A stretch of DNA of 64,000 nucleotides from Candidatus Omnitrophota bacterium (GTDB lineage Bacteria; Omnitrophota; Gorgyraeia; Gygaellales; Profunditerraquicolaceae), in NCBI GenBank assembly GCA_043812955.1, contig JBDRLN010000012.1:12749-76748 (forward strand). Direction: 5' to 3'. Position numbers and translations under genes: made by a program. Shown one piece after another: positions 46,827 to 56,769 of this stretch (positions are counted from its first letter, which is position 1; each line of letters opens with the position of its first letter). The notes below the pieces were generated by a model. It saw nothing but the letters and a program-made list of their open reading frames with translations. It ran no database searches and was not told the origin of the DNA.

Positions 46827-48104
46827 TTAATCCTCCGCCGCATATCCGGGTGGTGTTTTATGCCACTCATATCCATTGAACGCATCATCATATCCGCGCT
46901 TAAAGAGCCTCTGCATTTCTTTTGTATCAAAAAACTCTTTTGGATTAGACTTAAAATCGGCCGGAATATACGCTAAATTGAAATCCAGGCCCTTTCTCTT
47001 CACAAAAGCATAGATCCTGTAGATATCCCCGCCAAACGCCGCTGCCTGCAATGTCTCAAGAGAACGCAGGCCTATACCTAGCAGACTGTCTTTTACCCGT
47101 TGCCTAATCGGCGACATGTAACTAGTACTTAAAACATAAATCTGCGTCCGGTATTTTGAGGGATCGATACCAGAAACATTAGCCGCTCCTTCCATATTTT
47201 TTGTTAATCGGTCGATATAAAATATCTGCCTCATCGACCCGCCATCGACATGCATCTCATCATAAAGCTCTCCGGTTGCAGAAGAAACTTTGAAATACAC
47301 CGGAGGAAACATCATGGGCATGGCGCTTGAGGCCAGAAGTATTTTCTGGAACATTCTCACCGAATCGGCCCCGCCCTTACACGCAAGCGCCCCCATATCC
47401 CAAACAACAAACTCCTGCGCGTCAAGATTTACGGTCCCTATAAAGAGCCTGCGGCCGCGCCTATGTTCTTTGGCAACCTTTTCTATTAATTTCACATCCA
47501 CAATGGCCGAAACCTTTTTAACCAGCGGAGCGGGGCTCATAAAGGAGTTTCCGAATAAAATGCTGAATAAATTATTTTGTTTCATTATATCTTTGGTTGA
47601 AATCGTGGTAAAAAATTTCTCAAGCTGGCCGTCATAGTCTTTTCCTAAAAAAGCATAGCACGCTATGATCGCTCCGCTGCTGACGCCTGTAATTATCTTA
47701 AAAAGCGGCCGCGAGCCTTTCCTAGACCACCCCACTAAGAACCCTGCGCCATAGGCGCCCTTAGGCCCGCCGGCTGAGACGGCTAGCACAGGATAGGTCT
47801 TTCTACCAAGCAGATCGGTGGGATAATCAAAATTAGCTTCTTCTTTAAATGAATCCGCTAAGCTCTTCTGCATAGCGATCGGATCGGGATCATCAATATC
47901 AACACGGATATCCGGCATGCCGCTCATAGTAACTTTTCCGGCAGAATCTGGCGGCACGGCGTTGCGTGGCCGCATGCTCACACACCCCTGGATTGCTAGC
48001 ACGCTCATCAATAAAATAAATATAAAAAAACTGACATTAATTTTGTTCTTGTGGCTCTCGCGCATTAACCCCCACTCTCCTTTTATCGCTTCCGCTCTCG
48101 GCAT
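46827..48104 (-). CDS. Patatin-like phospholipase lipoprotein (paralog of 41349-42560)
   Basis: IQGC lipobox, GGPKGAYG, GVSSG, VDGG. Confidence 0.85.
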   Translation of the reverse strand: MPRAEAIKGEWGLMRESHKNKINVSFFIFILLMSVLAIQGCVSMRPRNAVPPDSAGKVTMSGMPDIRVDIDDPDPIAMQKSLADSFKEEANFDYPTDLLGRKTYPVLAVSAGGPKGAYGAGFLVGWSRKGSRPLFKIITGVSSGAIIACYAFLGKDYDGQLEKFFTTISTKDIMKQNNLFSILFGNSFMSPAPLVKKVSAIVDVKLIEKVAKEHRRGRRLFIGTVNLDAQEFVVWDMGALACKGGADSVRMFQKILLASSAMPMMFPPVYFKVSSATGELYDEMHVDGGSMRQIFYIDRLTKNMEGAANVSGIDPSKYRTQIYVLSTSYMSPIRQRVKDSLLGIGLRSLETLQAAAFGGDIYRIYAFVKRKGLDFNLAYIPADFKSNPKEFFDTKEMQRLFKRGYDDAFNGYEWHKTPPGYAAED

Positions 48105-48120
48105 CTATAGTTCCGACTCT

Positions 48121-48193
48121 ATTATAGAGAGCGACAGAATTAAATCAATTATACCTGGGTATAATTGACACAATATTGGAATTAAATTAGCAT
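48121..48193. promoter_or_regulatory. Divergent promoters with a perfect 11-2-11 operator
   Basis: TCAATTATACC-TG-GGTATAATTGA at 48145-48168; leftward TTGATT-16-TATAAT, rightward TTGACA-17-TAGCAT. Confidence 0.7.
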
Positions 48194-48293
48194 ATAAAAT
48201 AATACAAAGGACGATGATAATTTCTTGTAAATAATGATGGCAGTGATATAATTTATTTAATAAATTCCATTACTGAAATAAAAGGATCTAAAA

Positions 48294-49532
48294 ATGCCGA
48301 AGCGCCGCGTAGTGATTACCGGTTTGGGCATAGTAGCGCCCAATACTGTGGGAAAAGATAATTTTTGGTCTGCATTAACCGAAGGTAAATCCGGAATCAG
48401 AAGGATTACCCGCTTTGACCCTACCCCTTTTCCTTCCCAAATTGCCGGAGAAGTGGATTTGGATATCTTTCAATTTATTGAGCCAAAAAAGGCCCGGAGA
48501 ATGGACCGCACCACGCATCTGGCCATTGCGGCAGCCAAGCTTGCTTCTGCAGATTCCCATTTAGACCTTGCCGCTTCTAACCCGGAAAAAATCGGCGTGA
48601 TTCTGGCAACCACTATGGCCGGCAAAGGTTTTACCTTGGAACAATATGAAAATAATTACCGCGCAAAAGGCCCGATGAAAATTAGCGCCTTTACTGCCAT
48701 TGCTTCTTTTCCAGATGCTGCGGCAAGCTGTATTTCCCTTGAATTCGGATTACAGGGGCCAAGTTTATCTTTGGCAACCGCATGTTCATCTTCTTCGGAT
48801 GCGATTAGTTTTTCCCGCAGCCTGATCCAAAATGATACTGCGGATATTATGTTCGTCGGCGGAAGCGACGCACCGCTTTTTGCGCCGGTTTTTGGCTCTT
48901 TTTGTGTGTTAAGAGCTTTATCCGAAAGAAATGACGCGCCGGAAACCGCATCACGCCCCTTTGACCTATTAAGGGACGGTTTTGTTTTAAGCGAAGGTGC
49001 CGGGGTGTTGGTCTTAGAAGAATTGGAACACGCGAAAAAGAGAAATGCTCCGATCTACGCAGAAATCTTAGGCGTAAGCTCTACCTGCGATGCATACCAT
49101 ATCACCAGCCCTGACCCAAAAGGGCAACAGGCAGAACGGGCTTTAAGGTTAGCGATTCAAGAGGCTCAAATTCAACCGCAAGACGTTGATTATATTAATG
49201 CCCACGGCACTTCAACACTCTATAATGACAGAATAGAGACAATGATAATCAAAAGAATATTTGGCAATAGAGCCAAAGAAATTCCGATTTCTTCCACAAA
49301 ATCAATGATTGGGCATACCATTGCTGCCGCAGGAGCAATAGAAACTTGCGCTGCTATCTTAGCGCTGGAAAAAGGTATTATCCATCCGACAATCAACCAA
49401 GAGGTTCCTGACCCTGAATGTGACTTAAACTATGTTCCCAATAAAGCCATTAGAGCTAACCCCAAGATAATCCTAAAAAACTCTTTTGGTTTTGGCGGCA
49501 AAAATGCGGCATTAGTAATCGGTAAAATATAA
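48294..49532 (+). CDS. fabF: Beta-ketoacyl-ACP synthase II
   Basis: TACSSS, NAHGTST, KSMIGH, NSFGFGG. Confidence 0.92.
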   Translation: MPKRRVVITGLGIVAPNTVGKDNFWSALTEGKSGIRRITRFDPTPFPSQIAGEVDLDIFQFIEPKKARRMDRTTHLAIAAAKLASADSHLDLAASNPEKIGVILATTMAGKGFTLEQYENNYRAKGPMKISAFTAIASFPDAAASCISLEFGLQGPSLSLATACSSSSDAISFSRSLIQNDTADIMFVGGSDAPLFAPVFGSFCVLRALSERNDAPETASRPFDLLRDGFVLSEGAGVLVLEELEHAKKRNAPIYAEILGVSSTCDAYHITSPDPKGQQAERALRLAIQEAQIQPQDVDYINAHGTSTLYNDRIETMIIKRIFGNRAKEIPISSTKSMIGHTIAAAGAIETCAAILALEKGIIHPTINQEVPDPECDLNYVPNKAIRANPKIILKNSFGFGGKNAALVIGKI

Positions 49533-49581
49533 AAATAAGATTTTACCGGTAAATCTAAGAGTAAGTCGCCAAACAACATGA

Positions 49582-49800
49582 AATCCACCGATTCTTCCGC
49601 CAATTTGGAACGCCCTTGATCTTGACTGGCATAATCGTCTGCGCCTTGATCCGCGCGATCTAGAAATCCTCGAAAACTTCCCGAAAGATTCCGGCTTGAT
49701 ATTGACAGCTAACCATTCTGACGAAACGGACCCCAGAGTCTGTGTCGAGCTTTCTCGCCGTTCACATCGTCGATTCATCTACATGGTTAATGCCGATTTC
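49582..49800 (+). pseudogene. Fragment of a PlsC-type acyltransferase
   Basis: GLILTANHSDETDP (HX4D-type motif) with no proper start; homology ends before the next promoter. Confidence 0.55.
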
Positions 49801-49816
49801 TTACCTAGATTTAGCA

Positions 49817-49845
49817 TTGACAATCTGCTCATTAAAACTTATGAT
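49817..49845 (+). promoter_or_regulatory. Promoter for a probably leaderless plsC-like transcript
   Basis: TTGACA-17-TATGAT, ATG 7 nt downstream, no SD. Confidence 0.55.
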
Positions 49846-49852
49846 ATGATAT

Positions 49853-50566
49853 ATGAAAAAAATATTTTTATCGATACTCATCTGGACAGTGGGATCCCTG
49901 CTTACCATTGCCTTGTACTTCGCAATGCTATTATGCTCTGCCCTTTTTTATCCGTTTGACAAAAAACGCGCCCTTGCGCATAGGCAGTGCTTCTGGTGGT
50001 CAGATGCAGTGATCGCGCTCAACCCTTATTGGAATATTAAAATAAGCGGCTTAAACAATATCGATAAAAACCGCACCTATATAATAATAGCCAACCACCA
50101 GAGCCTAGGCGATATCGTACTTGCCTATCAGTTAAAAATGCAGTTCAAATGGGTGGCTAAAGAAAGTTTATTCAAGATACCTTTTCTTGGATGGTCAATG
50201 GCGCTGGCCAAACACATCAAGCTCCAAAGAGACAATCTGGGCAGCATAAAGAAAGTTTACCGGGAAGCACATCATTGGTTACGTAGCGGGGTATCAATAC
50301 TTTTCTTTCCGGAGGGGACACGAAGTAAAACAACCGAGATGGGCGATTTCCGTAACGGCGCGTTTAAGCTGGCGATAAAAGAGCGGGTACCGATACTACC
50401 AATGTTGTTTGAAGGGACCGGCACAGCCATACCCAGAGGTAGCTGGATATTTACCACCAAAACTTCCGCGAAGGTAAAGATCTTCCCTCCCATAGAAACA
50501 ACTGATTATCAGCCAAAAGACTATGTTAAACTCAAGGATTTAGCGCGCTCTGTTTTAGAAAAATGA
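49853..50566 (+). CDS. 1-acyl-sn-glycerol-3-phosphate acyltransferase-like
   Basis: NHQSLGD, FFPEGTRS. Confidence 0.9.
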   Translation: MKKIFLSILIWTVGSLLTIALYFAMLLCSALFYPFDKKRALAHRQCFWWSDAVIALNPYWNIKISGLNNIDKNRTYIIIANHQSLGDIVLAYQLKMQFKWVAKESLFKIPFLGWSMALAKHIKLQRDNLGSIKKVYREAHHWLRSGVSILFFPEGTRSKTTEMGDFRNGAFKLAIKERVPILPMLFEGTGTAIPRGSWIFTTKTSAKVKIFPPIETTDYQPKDYVKLKDLARSVLEK

Positions 50567-53311
50567 TCATGATACCAGACCTGCTACCTGCTTTTTAAGC
50601 TTTATAACCTCTTGCCTTATACCTAAGGCTATTGCTTCATATTCATCTTTGGCCCCCAATTTTAGCCCCTCTACTTTAAGTTCGTCAAAATTAAAAGGCC
50701 TTCCAAAAGTTATTTTGATCGGATAAGGCCTCGGGAGCGACTTTGTCCTAGGCCAAGATTCGTATGAACCTGTTATTAATACCGGAATTAGCGGGATATT
50801 CAGCTCTTTTGCCAATATCCCGACCCCTTTTTTGAATTCTTTAACATTCCCGTCGATAGTTCTTTGACCCTCAGGAAAGATACAGACCATCTTGTCATTC
50901 TTTAGAACATAAGAAGCTGCCTGCATAGCTTCCACGAAATGCATACCCGGATCAATGGGAATAACCCTGATATATTTTATGATATCCTTAATAAAGAACT
51001 GTTCGAAATAGGCTCTAAAACCGACAAAGAAAAGGCCCTTTCGTAAACTCGCAGGCATAGCAGCCTCAACAATAAACGCATCCAGGTAACTGCCGTGGTT
51101 AACGCACAAGATGCACTTTCCCGTTCTCGGAATATTCTCTGTTCCTAAAACCTTAAGTCCCCAGATCACCCTAGACACAAGGCGTAAAATTTCAGCGAAT
51201 AGCCACATCCCTAAAATTGTCATCCGGCTTGGAGCTAAATTTAACTTTTTTATTATATCTTTAGCTGGCTTTTCGTTTAAGATCTCATTCCATAAAGTTT
51301 GGCTCTTGAGCTCTGGAATGGGCGCGCTTTGCAGTCCTTCGCCTGGAACCAGTCTTTCTATATCGAGAATAAGCTCTTTAACAGTAAAAATCTTAGCCAT
51401 TAACTCATTCGGGATGCGGATATTAAGCGCCTGCTCTAACGCGATTATTAGTTCTACGCGGCCCAACGAATCAATACCGAGATCCAATTCGATATGATCG
51501 CTGGGGGAAATCTCTCTTTCTAACTTTGCGCTTTTTTTCAGGGCCTCGATTATCTTCCTGCCAACACCGAAAGTGAGCAGCCTGAGATCCTCATCTGTAG
51601 CGGGGATTTCCTCCATCACGCCTTTTAACTTTATACCATTAAGCTCATTTAGATATTTGTTCTTAATTTCATACCTTTTTATCTTGCCCAGCCGCGTGCG
51701 CGGCAAGTCTTCCTTTACAATAATATAGCCCTTGATGCGTTTGTAGGGAGCAAGCCCCTCAGATGAATTTTCCAACTCCCATCTGATCACACTATTAAGA
51801 TCGACCTGCCCAACCTTGCGGCAATAGTCAGCGTCGGGCACTACCACGGCGGTCAACCTCTCCTCCTGCGCCCCGCCGACACCAAGAACGCATATTTCTT
51901 TAATGTAAGGGCTCTTAGTATAATGGGATTCTACCTCTTCGGGATAGATATTTTTTCCGGAGCTTAAAACAATTATCTCTTTTTTCCTTCCTGTAATATA
52001 AAGATAACCGTCCTTATCTATAAGGCCCAGGTCGCCGGAGTAAAACCATCCGTCCTTTAAAACACTCAAGGTCTCGTCCGCTCTGTTATAGTAGCCTTTC
52101 GTGACATTAGGGCCTTTGATCACCACCTCACCCATGCCGCTAACGTCAGGATTATCGATTTTCAATTCTACATCCGGGATCACTCTGCCGACAGAACCGA
52201 TCTTCTGCTTCTTTAATGGATTAAATGTTACCACCGGAGATGTTTCGGTAAGTCCGTATCCTTCAAGTATAGTAAAACCGATCTTCATAAGAAATCTCGC
52301 CGCTTCTTCATTTAACTTAGCGCCGCCACAGGCAAAAAATCTTAAAGTTTGCCCGAATGGCCGGTGTATTTTCGGCAGGGCCAGCTTGCTTAAATTTATT
52401 CCGCTAAACCTTCTTATCTGCCACAATATCTCTATCAGCCCAAAAAGAGGCGCCTTAAGTAAAAACGGCATCTTTTTCATCTTCTCTAATATATTCGTAA
52501 AAAAGAGAGAAAAAAGTTGCGGTACCCCTACCAGTATCGTTACCCCGGACTCTCTCATCAAATTCAGCAATTCATCGCTCCTAAGGCTTGAGGTATAAAT
52601 GACCCGTGCGCGGCAAAAAAGAGGCGTGATCAACGTAATCATAAAAGGGTAGGAATGATGCAGCGGTAATATCGATATGAAAGTATCCTTATCCGAGAAG
52701 AGTTTCAGCTTGTCGATACTTTGAAAATTAGAGCAAAAATTTTTATGCGTGAGCATTACTCCTTTTGGCGAGCCTGTGGTGCCTGATGTATAGATAAGCG
52801 AAGCGATATCTTCAGGAATAACTTCGGGCCATACGAGCCCTTCGCGCAAGGTAGATTTGACCTGCGCCAGACCCAAAAGGCGCTCTTTTTCAATATCCAG
52901 GTCTAATATAACGATTTTGTTCAGCCCGGCTTTTATCTTATTAATATTCTTTGTCTGAAAAACGGCGTTGGAGACAAATATGATTTTTGCGGCGCAGTCA
53001 TTGATGAGATTCTCTATTTCTTGTTCGGTCAACTGTGGATCTAGGGGGACACAGGCCAGTCCCGCAGCCATTATGCCTAAATAGATTATTGCCCATTCCG
53101 GCCGATTCTCTAAACATAAGCCAGCGAAGTCCCCCTTTTTAAAACCCTCATTTATTAGAAATGCGCCTATCCTTAGAGAGAGATCTTGAGTTTCCCCATA
53201 TGTCCATCCCTCCCAGGTAGAGCCTTTTTTTATTTGAAGGCATATCCTATCTGAAAATTGAGAAGAAATTTGAGCAAATATCTTATGGATAACTAAATCT
53301 TCCTTCTTCAT
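50567..53311 (-). CDS. Fatty acyl adenylation-carrier-acyltransferase fusion
   Basis: YTSGTTGSPKG, GYGLTE, DLGIDSLGRVEL, NHGSYLD, FPEGQRT. Confidence 0.9.
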   Translation of the reverse strand: MKKEDLVIHKIFAQISSQFSDRICLQIKKGSTWEGWTYGETQDLSLRIGAFLINEGFKKGDFAGLCLENRPEWAIIYLGIMAAGLACVPLDPQLTEQEIENLINDCAAKIIFVSNAVFQTKNINKIKAGLNKIVILDLDIEKERLLGLAQVKSTLREGLVWPEVIPEDIASLIYTSGTTGSPKGVMLTHKNFCSNFQSIDKLKLFSDKDTFISILPLHHSYPFMITLITPLFCRARVIYTSSLRSDELLNLMRESGVTILVGVPQLFSLFFTNILEKMKKMPFLLKAPLFGLIEILWQIRRFSGINLSKLALPKIHRPFGQTLRFFACGGAKLNEEAARFLMKIGFTILEGYGLTETSPVVTFNPLKKQKIGSVGRVIPDVELKIDNPDVSGMGEVVIKGPNVTKGYYNRADETLSVLKDGWFYSGDLGLIDKDGYLYITGRKKEIIVLSSGKNIYPEEVESHYTKSPYIKEICVLGVGGAQEERLTAVVVPDADYCRKVGQVDLNSVIRWELENSSEGLAPYKRIKGYIIVKEDLPRTRLGKIKRYEIKNKYLNELNGIKLKGVMEEIPATDEDLRLLTFGVGRKIIEALKKSAKLEREISPSDHIELDLGIDSLGRVELIIALEQALNIRIPNELMAKIFTVKELILDIERLVPGEGLQSAPIPELKSQTLWNEILNEKPAKDIIKKLNLAPSRMTILGMWLFAEILRLVSRVIWGLKVLGTENIPRTGKCILCVNHGSYLDAFIVEAAMPASLRKGLFFVGFRAYFEQFFIKDIIKYIRVIPIDPGMHFVEAMQAASYVLKNDKMVCIFPEGQRTIDGNVKEFKKGVGILAKELNIPLIPVLITGSYESWPRTKSLPRPYPIKITFGRPFNFDELKVEGLKLGAKDEYEAIALGIRQEVIKLKKQVAGLVS

Positions 53312-54084
53312 AGCGTATCAAGGAACCAATTTTTTACTTCCGCGACGAATTGCCTGGGATAATCCCGCATTAAGAACTCTGCGTGCGGACCGTTTTTAAT
53401 AGAAATTATTTTCTTCATCCCGCCTGCCTTTTGGAATAGGGCCTGGGAATGCCACGGCCTAATTACCCAATCCCGGCTGCCGTGTATAAACATAATCGGA
53501 ATGGTAATTTTAGCGACGTTATCAATTGGCCTTTCCTTAGGCAACCAAAATGGCCCCGGCCGCACTCCTTTGCCGATCCATCCCCTAGGATTAAATAACA
53601 TGTATACCACGTCTCCTTTCCAGTCAAAGGCCCATACCCGGTAATCAATTCTCGACATCTCCGAAGGAGCGCTGACGCAGATAAAGCTATCCACACGTTT
53701 ATCATTGGCGAGGACATTAATGCTAATACTTGCTCCTACAGAAAAGGCGATCAATCCAATCTTTGGGTAAAGCGGCGCAATAAAATCTAATACCGCACGC
53801 AAATCATTCCCTTCCCGGCTCGTCCAGGTAAATACCCCGCTGCTTTTGCCATGCCCACGAAAATCAAACATAAAAATATCGTATTCTCCCCCAAGCGCCT
53901 GAGTCAACTGCTGCAAAACCATGCACTGTTTGCTATTATAATAACCGTGCGCAATAATGATAACGGCGAGGCCGCCATTCTTAAAATGCTGGAATGATAT
54001 TTTCTGATGGTCAACAGTGGTAAGCGTACCGCTTTCTACCGCAGGAATCGCTGATTCAGGGCCCGGCGTATTCATCGCAACCAT
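53308..54084 (-). CDS. Alpha/beta hydrolase
   Basis: AHG, DFRGHGKS, FSVGA nucleophile elbow, HGSRD, GPHA. Confidence 0.85.
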   Translation of the reverse strand: MVAMNTPGPESAIPAVESGTLTTVDHQKISFQHFKNGGLAVIIIAHGYYNSKQCMVLQQLTQALGGEYDIFMFDFRGHGKSSGVFTWTSREGNDLRAVLDFIAPLYPKIGLIAFSVGASISINVLANDKRVDSFICVSAPSEMSRIDYRVWAFDWKGDVVYMLFNPRGWIGKGVRPGPFWLPKERPIDNVAKITIPIMFIHGSRDWVIRPWHSQALFQKAGGMKKIISIKNGPHAEFLMRDYPRQFVAEVKNWFLDTL

Positions 54085-54204
54085 CCCATCTCAATTTTAG
54101 CTAAAATATTTATTTTGCAACTCTATCTTACGCGCTTTTTCGATCCCGGCCGTTAAACTCTCCCGCATCCTAAAAAGATGCTCTTTCCCTAACTTCATGT
54201 TAGT

Positions 54205-54262
54205 ATTATAGAATATTATAGAAGTATTCGAAATGGAATCAATTGTACCTAGGTATTATAGT
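54205..54262 (-). promoter_or_regulatory. Third copy of the promoter/operator
   Basis: TCAATTGTACCTAGGTATTATA from 54239; TTGATT-16-TATAAT. Confidence 0.6.
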
Positions 54263-54320
54263 CCTAGGATTTTACTGTTTCTTTCGGGAAAATTTTGTCT
54301 TTGAAGTGATTACGAAGAAA

Positions 54321-54398
54321 TTAGTACCGGAAGGAAGTAATGCCTATTTTTTGGGCGAAGCGGATGAGTTTAGTCGCGGCATTAGCCTGCAGCTTCCG
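54321..54398 (-). pseudogene. Remnant 3' end of a second fixJ-like gene
   Basis: RKLQANAATKLIRFAQKIGITSFRY* versus QKMQAKTVTELIRFAEKCGITSS*; downstream DNA aligns with 44431-44586. Confidence 0.75.
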
Positions 54399-54524
54399 CC
54401 TTTTTATGCATATTTTGAGAAAGATACTTTCTTATATTTATGAAATATCTTAACCAAAAAATGTGAAGTGTTTGATGTTTTTATGCCTATTTTCGAAAAC
54501 CCTCAAAAAAGGCTTTTGTCGTAA

Positions 54525-55577
54525 CTATATGCCACACTTGAAGATATATTCGCACAAATCAACTACCCGGTTAGAATAACCCCATTCATTGTCATACCAA
54601 GCGAGGACTTTCACAAAATCATCCTGGATAACCTTGGTATTCGCGGCATCTAAGATAGAACTTAACGGATAATGGTTAAAATCAATTGAAACCAAAGGCT
54701 CTGTGCAAACCTCTAGGATTCCCTTCATCTTTCCGGCTGCGGCTTCTTTCATTGCCGCATTGATCTCTTCAGCGCTAACCTTTTTGCCTAAAAGACAGGT
54801 CAAGTCAACTACCGAAACATTTGGCGTAGGAACCCGGATAGCAAAACCATCTAGCTTACCTTTAAGTTCAGGTATAACTAACGATATCGCCTTAGCCGCT
54901 CCGGTAGAAGTCGGGATCATTGAAATGGCTGCAGCCCGGGCCCGACGGGGATCAGAATGGGCCATATCGTGTATTCTCTGGTCATTAGTATAAGAGTGGA
55001 TCGTAGTCATTAATCCCTTTTGGATGCCCCATTTATCCTGCAGCACCTTGGCTATTGGAGCCAGGCAATTAGTAGTACAAGAGGCATTAGATAAAACAAA
55101 ATGATTCTTGGGATCATATTTATCTTCATTAACTCCCATAACAATAGTGATATCTTCGCCTTCAGCCGGAGCCGAGATAACTACTTTTTTCGCCCCGCCT
55201 TTGGTTATATGATTTTCCGCCCCTTTTACCGTCTTGCCTTTTTTATTCACTCCGTCTTTCTTCACCGTAAATAACCCGGTTGACTCTATCACTATCTCAA
55301 CCCCCAGGTCCTTCCAGGGCAGCTCTGACGGATCAGTTTTGCTTAAAACCTTAATTATCTGACCATTTACCGAAATCTCATCAACGCCGGTAGCCTTAAC
55401 ATCGGCGTTAAGCCTGCCGTGCACGGAATCATATTTAAATAAATGGGCGTTGGTTTTAGCATCACAGAGATCATTAATCGCGACCAGCTCCAAATTTTTA
55501 GAATTTTTCTCAAGTATTGCCCGGGCTACCAGCCTGCCAATCCTTCCAAAACCATTAATACCTACTTTTACCGCCAT
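54525..55577 (-). CDS. gap: Glyceraldehyde-3-phosphate dehydrogenase type I
   Basis: [32 protein letters not shown]. Confidence 0.98.
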   Translation of the reverse strand: MAVKVGINGFGRIGRLVARAILEKNSKNLELVAINDLCDAKTNAHLFKYDSVHGRLNADVKATGVDEISVNGQIIKVLSKTDPSELPWKDLGVEIVIESTGLFTVKKDGVNKKGKTVKGAENHITKGGAKKVVISAPAEGEDITIVMGVNEDKYDPKNHFVLSNASCTTNCLAPIAKVLQDKWGIQKGLMTTIHSYTNDQRIHDMAHSDPRRARAAAISMIPTSTGAAKAISLVIPELKGKLDGFAIRVPTPNVSVVDLTCLLGKKVSAEEINAAMKEAAAGKMKGILEVCTEPLVSIDFNHYPLSSILDAANTKVIQDDFVKVLAWYDNEWGYSNRVVDLCEYIFKCGI

Positions 55578-55599
55578 TCTACTCCTCCTTAACCTATCT

Positions 55600-55632
55600 C
55601 CACCCCGTAGGTGGGCTCCACCTACGGGGTGG
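55600..55632. repeat. CCACCCCGTAGGTGG palindrome doublet
   Basis: CCACCCCGTAGGTGG-GCT-CCACCTACGGGGTGG upstream of gap. Confidence 0.9.
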
Positions 55633-55648
55633 AATTATGGTTGATATA

Positions 55649-56653
55649 TTAACTAACTTTTTCCTCTCTTATGAATTTTGCCGCTAATTCCGGCGGAGTA
55701 GGCACCAGATAAAAACCAGTACCCCATTCAAATCCCGCAACTTTAGTTAACTTCGGCATAAACTCCAGATGCCAGTGATAACCTTCCATTTCGCCATCGC
55801 CGTTAATAGGCGCGCTGTGAATAATAAAATTATAAGCTATATTTCCGAAAATCTTTTTCACCCTGGAGATCAACTCCTTGACGATCTCTGCTAACGCCGG
55901 AATTTCCTCCATAGACATATGGCAGAAATATTTATTATGTGCCTTGGGGATAACCCAGACCTCAAAAGGAAAACGCGAAACAAAAGGGCAAAAAGCCAGA
56001 AAATATTTATTTTCTATGACTATCCTCTCCTTCTCCTGAACTTCCTGGCGGATAACATCGCAGAATATGCACCTATCCCGGTATTCAAAATATTTACGCG
56101 CCCCCATAATCTCTTCCTTGACATTCTTGGGCACCATTGGTAAAGCAATTAATTGAGTATGTGGATGCTCCAACGAAGCCCCGGCAGCCGGGCCGTAATT
56201 CTTAAACACCATCACATATTTAAAACGGCTGTCCCGAATCAGGTCCAAGGCCCGGACGCAGCACAACGAAAAGATATTCTCGACTTCATTATTTAATAAA
56301 TCCGGTATATCCTTATGGTGGTAGGGAGAATCGATGATAACTTCATGAGCGCCTACGCCATTAGACATATCGTAAATACCCAAGCCTCTTCGGTCCAAAT
56401 CTCCCTCGATCTGAAGCGCAGGATATTTATTCGAAACCACCCTGGTAAGCCATCCGGGGGTATCAGGGGAAGTTCCGGATTCGCGGATCGCGATTATTTC
56501 CGGAGGGGTCTGGGATTCATTGCCGTAGCAAAAAGGGCAAACCCCATCTCTCCAGGCCGGAGATTCAATATCATAATCTTTAGGCAGATTAGGATGGTCA
56601 GTATCCACTATTACCCACCTGCCGGCGATCGGATCTCTTCTTAATTCTGACAT
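55649..56653 (-). CDS. galT: Galactose-1-phosphate uridylyltransferase family protein (HPH intact)
   Basis: CPFC, NKYPAL, GASLEHPHTQ, AGFEWGTG. Confidence 0.88.
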   Translation of the reverse strand: MSELRRDPIAGRWVIVDTDHPNLPKDYDIESPAWRDGVCPFCYGNESQTPPEIIAIRESGTSPDTPGWLTRVVSNKYPALQIEGDLDRRGLGIYDMSNGVGAHEVIIDSPYHHKDIPDLLNNEVENIFSLCCVRALDLIRDSRFKYVMVFKNYGPAAGASLEHPHTQLIALPMVPKNVKEEIMGARKYFEYRDRCIFCDVIRQEVQEKERIVIENKYFLAFCPFVSRFPFEVWVIPKAHNKYFCHMSMEEIPALAEIVKELISRVKKIFGNIAYNFIIHSAPINGDGEMEGYHWHLEFMPKLTKVAGFEWGTGFYLVPTPPELAAKFIREEKVS

Positions 56654-56687
56654 TAACGAGCGCCTCTATTCATTATGTTACGAGTTA

Positions 56688-56765
56688 ACCCAACACCTTC
56701 TTTATTATTCATAATTCTAAAACCATTCGTCTTAAAGCCATTTAATCTTCCAGAAGGTGCTGAGT
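56688..56765. mobile_element. 78-bp MITE/REPIN-like element, copy 3
   Basis: ACCCAACACCTTC...GAAGGTGCTGAGT; interior aligns with copies 1 and 2. Confidence 0.7.
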
Positions 56766-56769
56766 AGAT

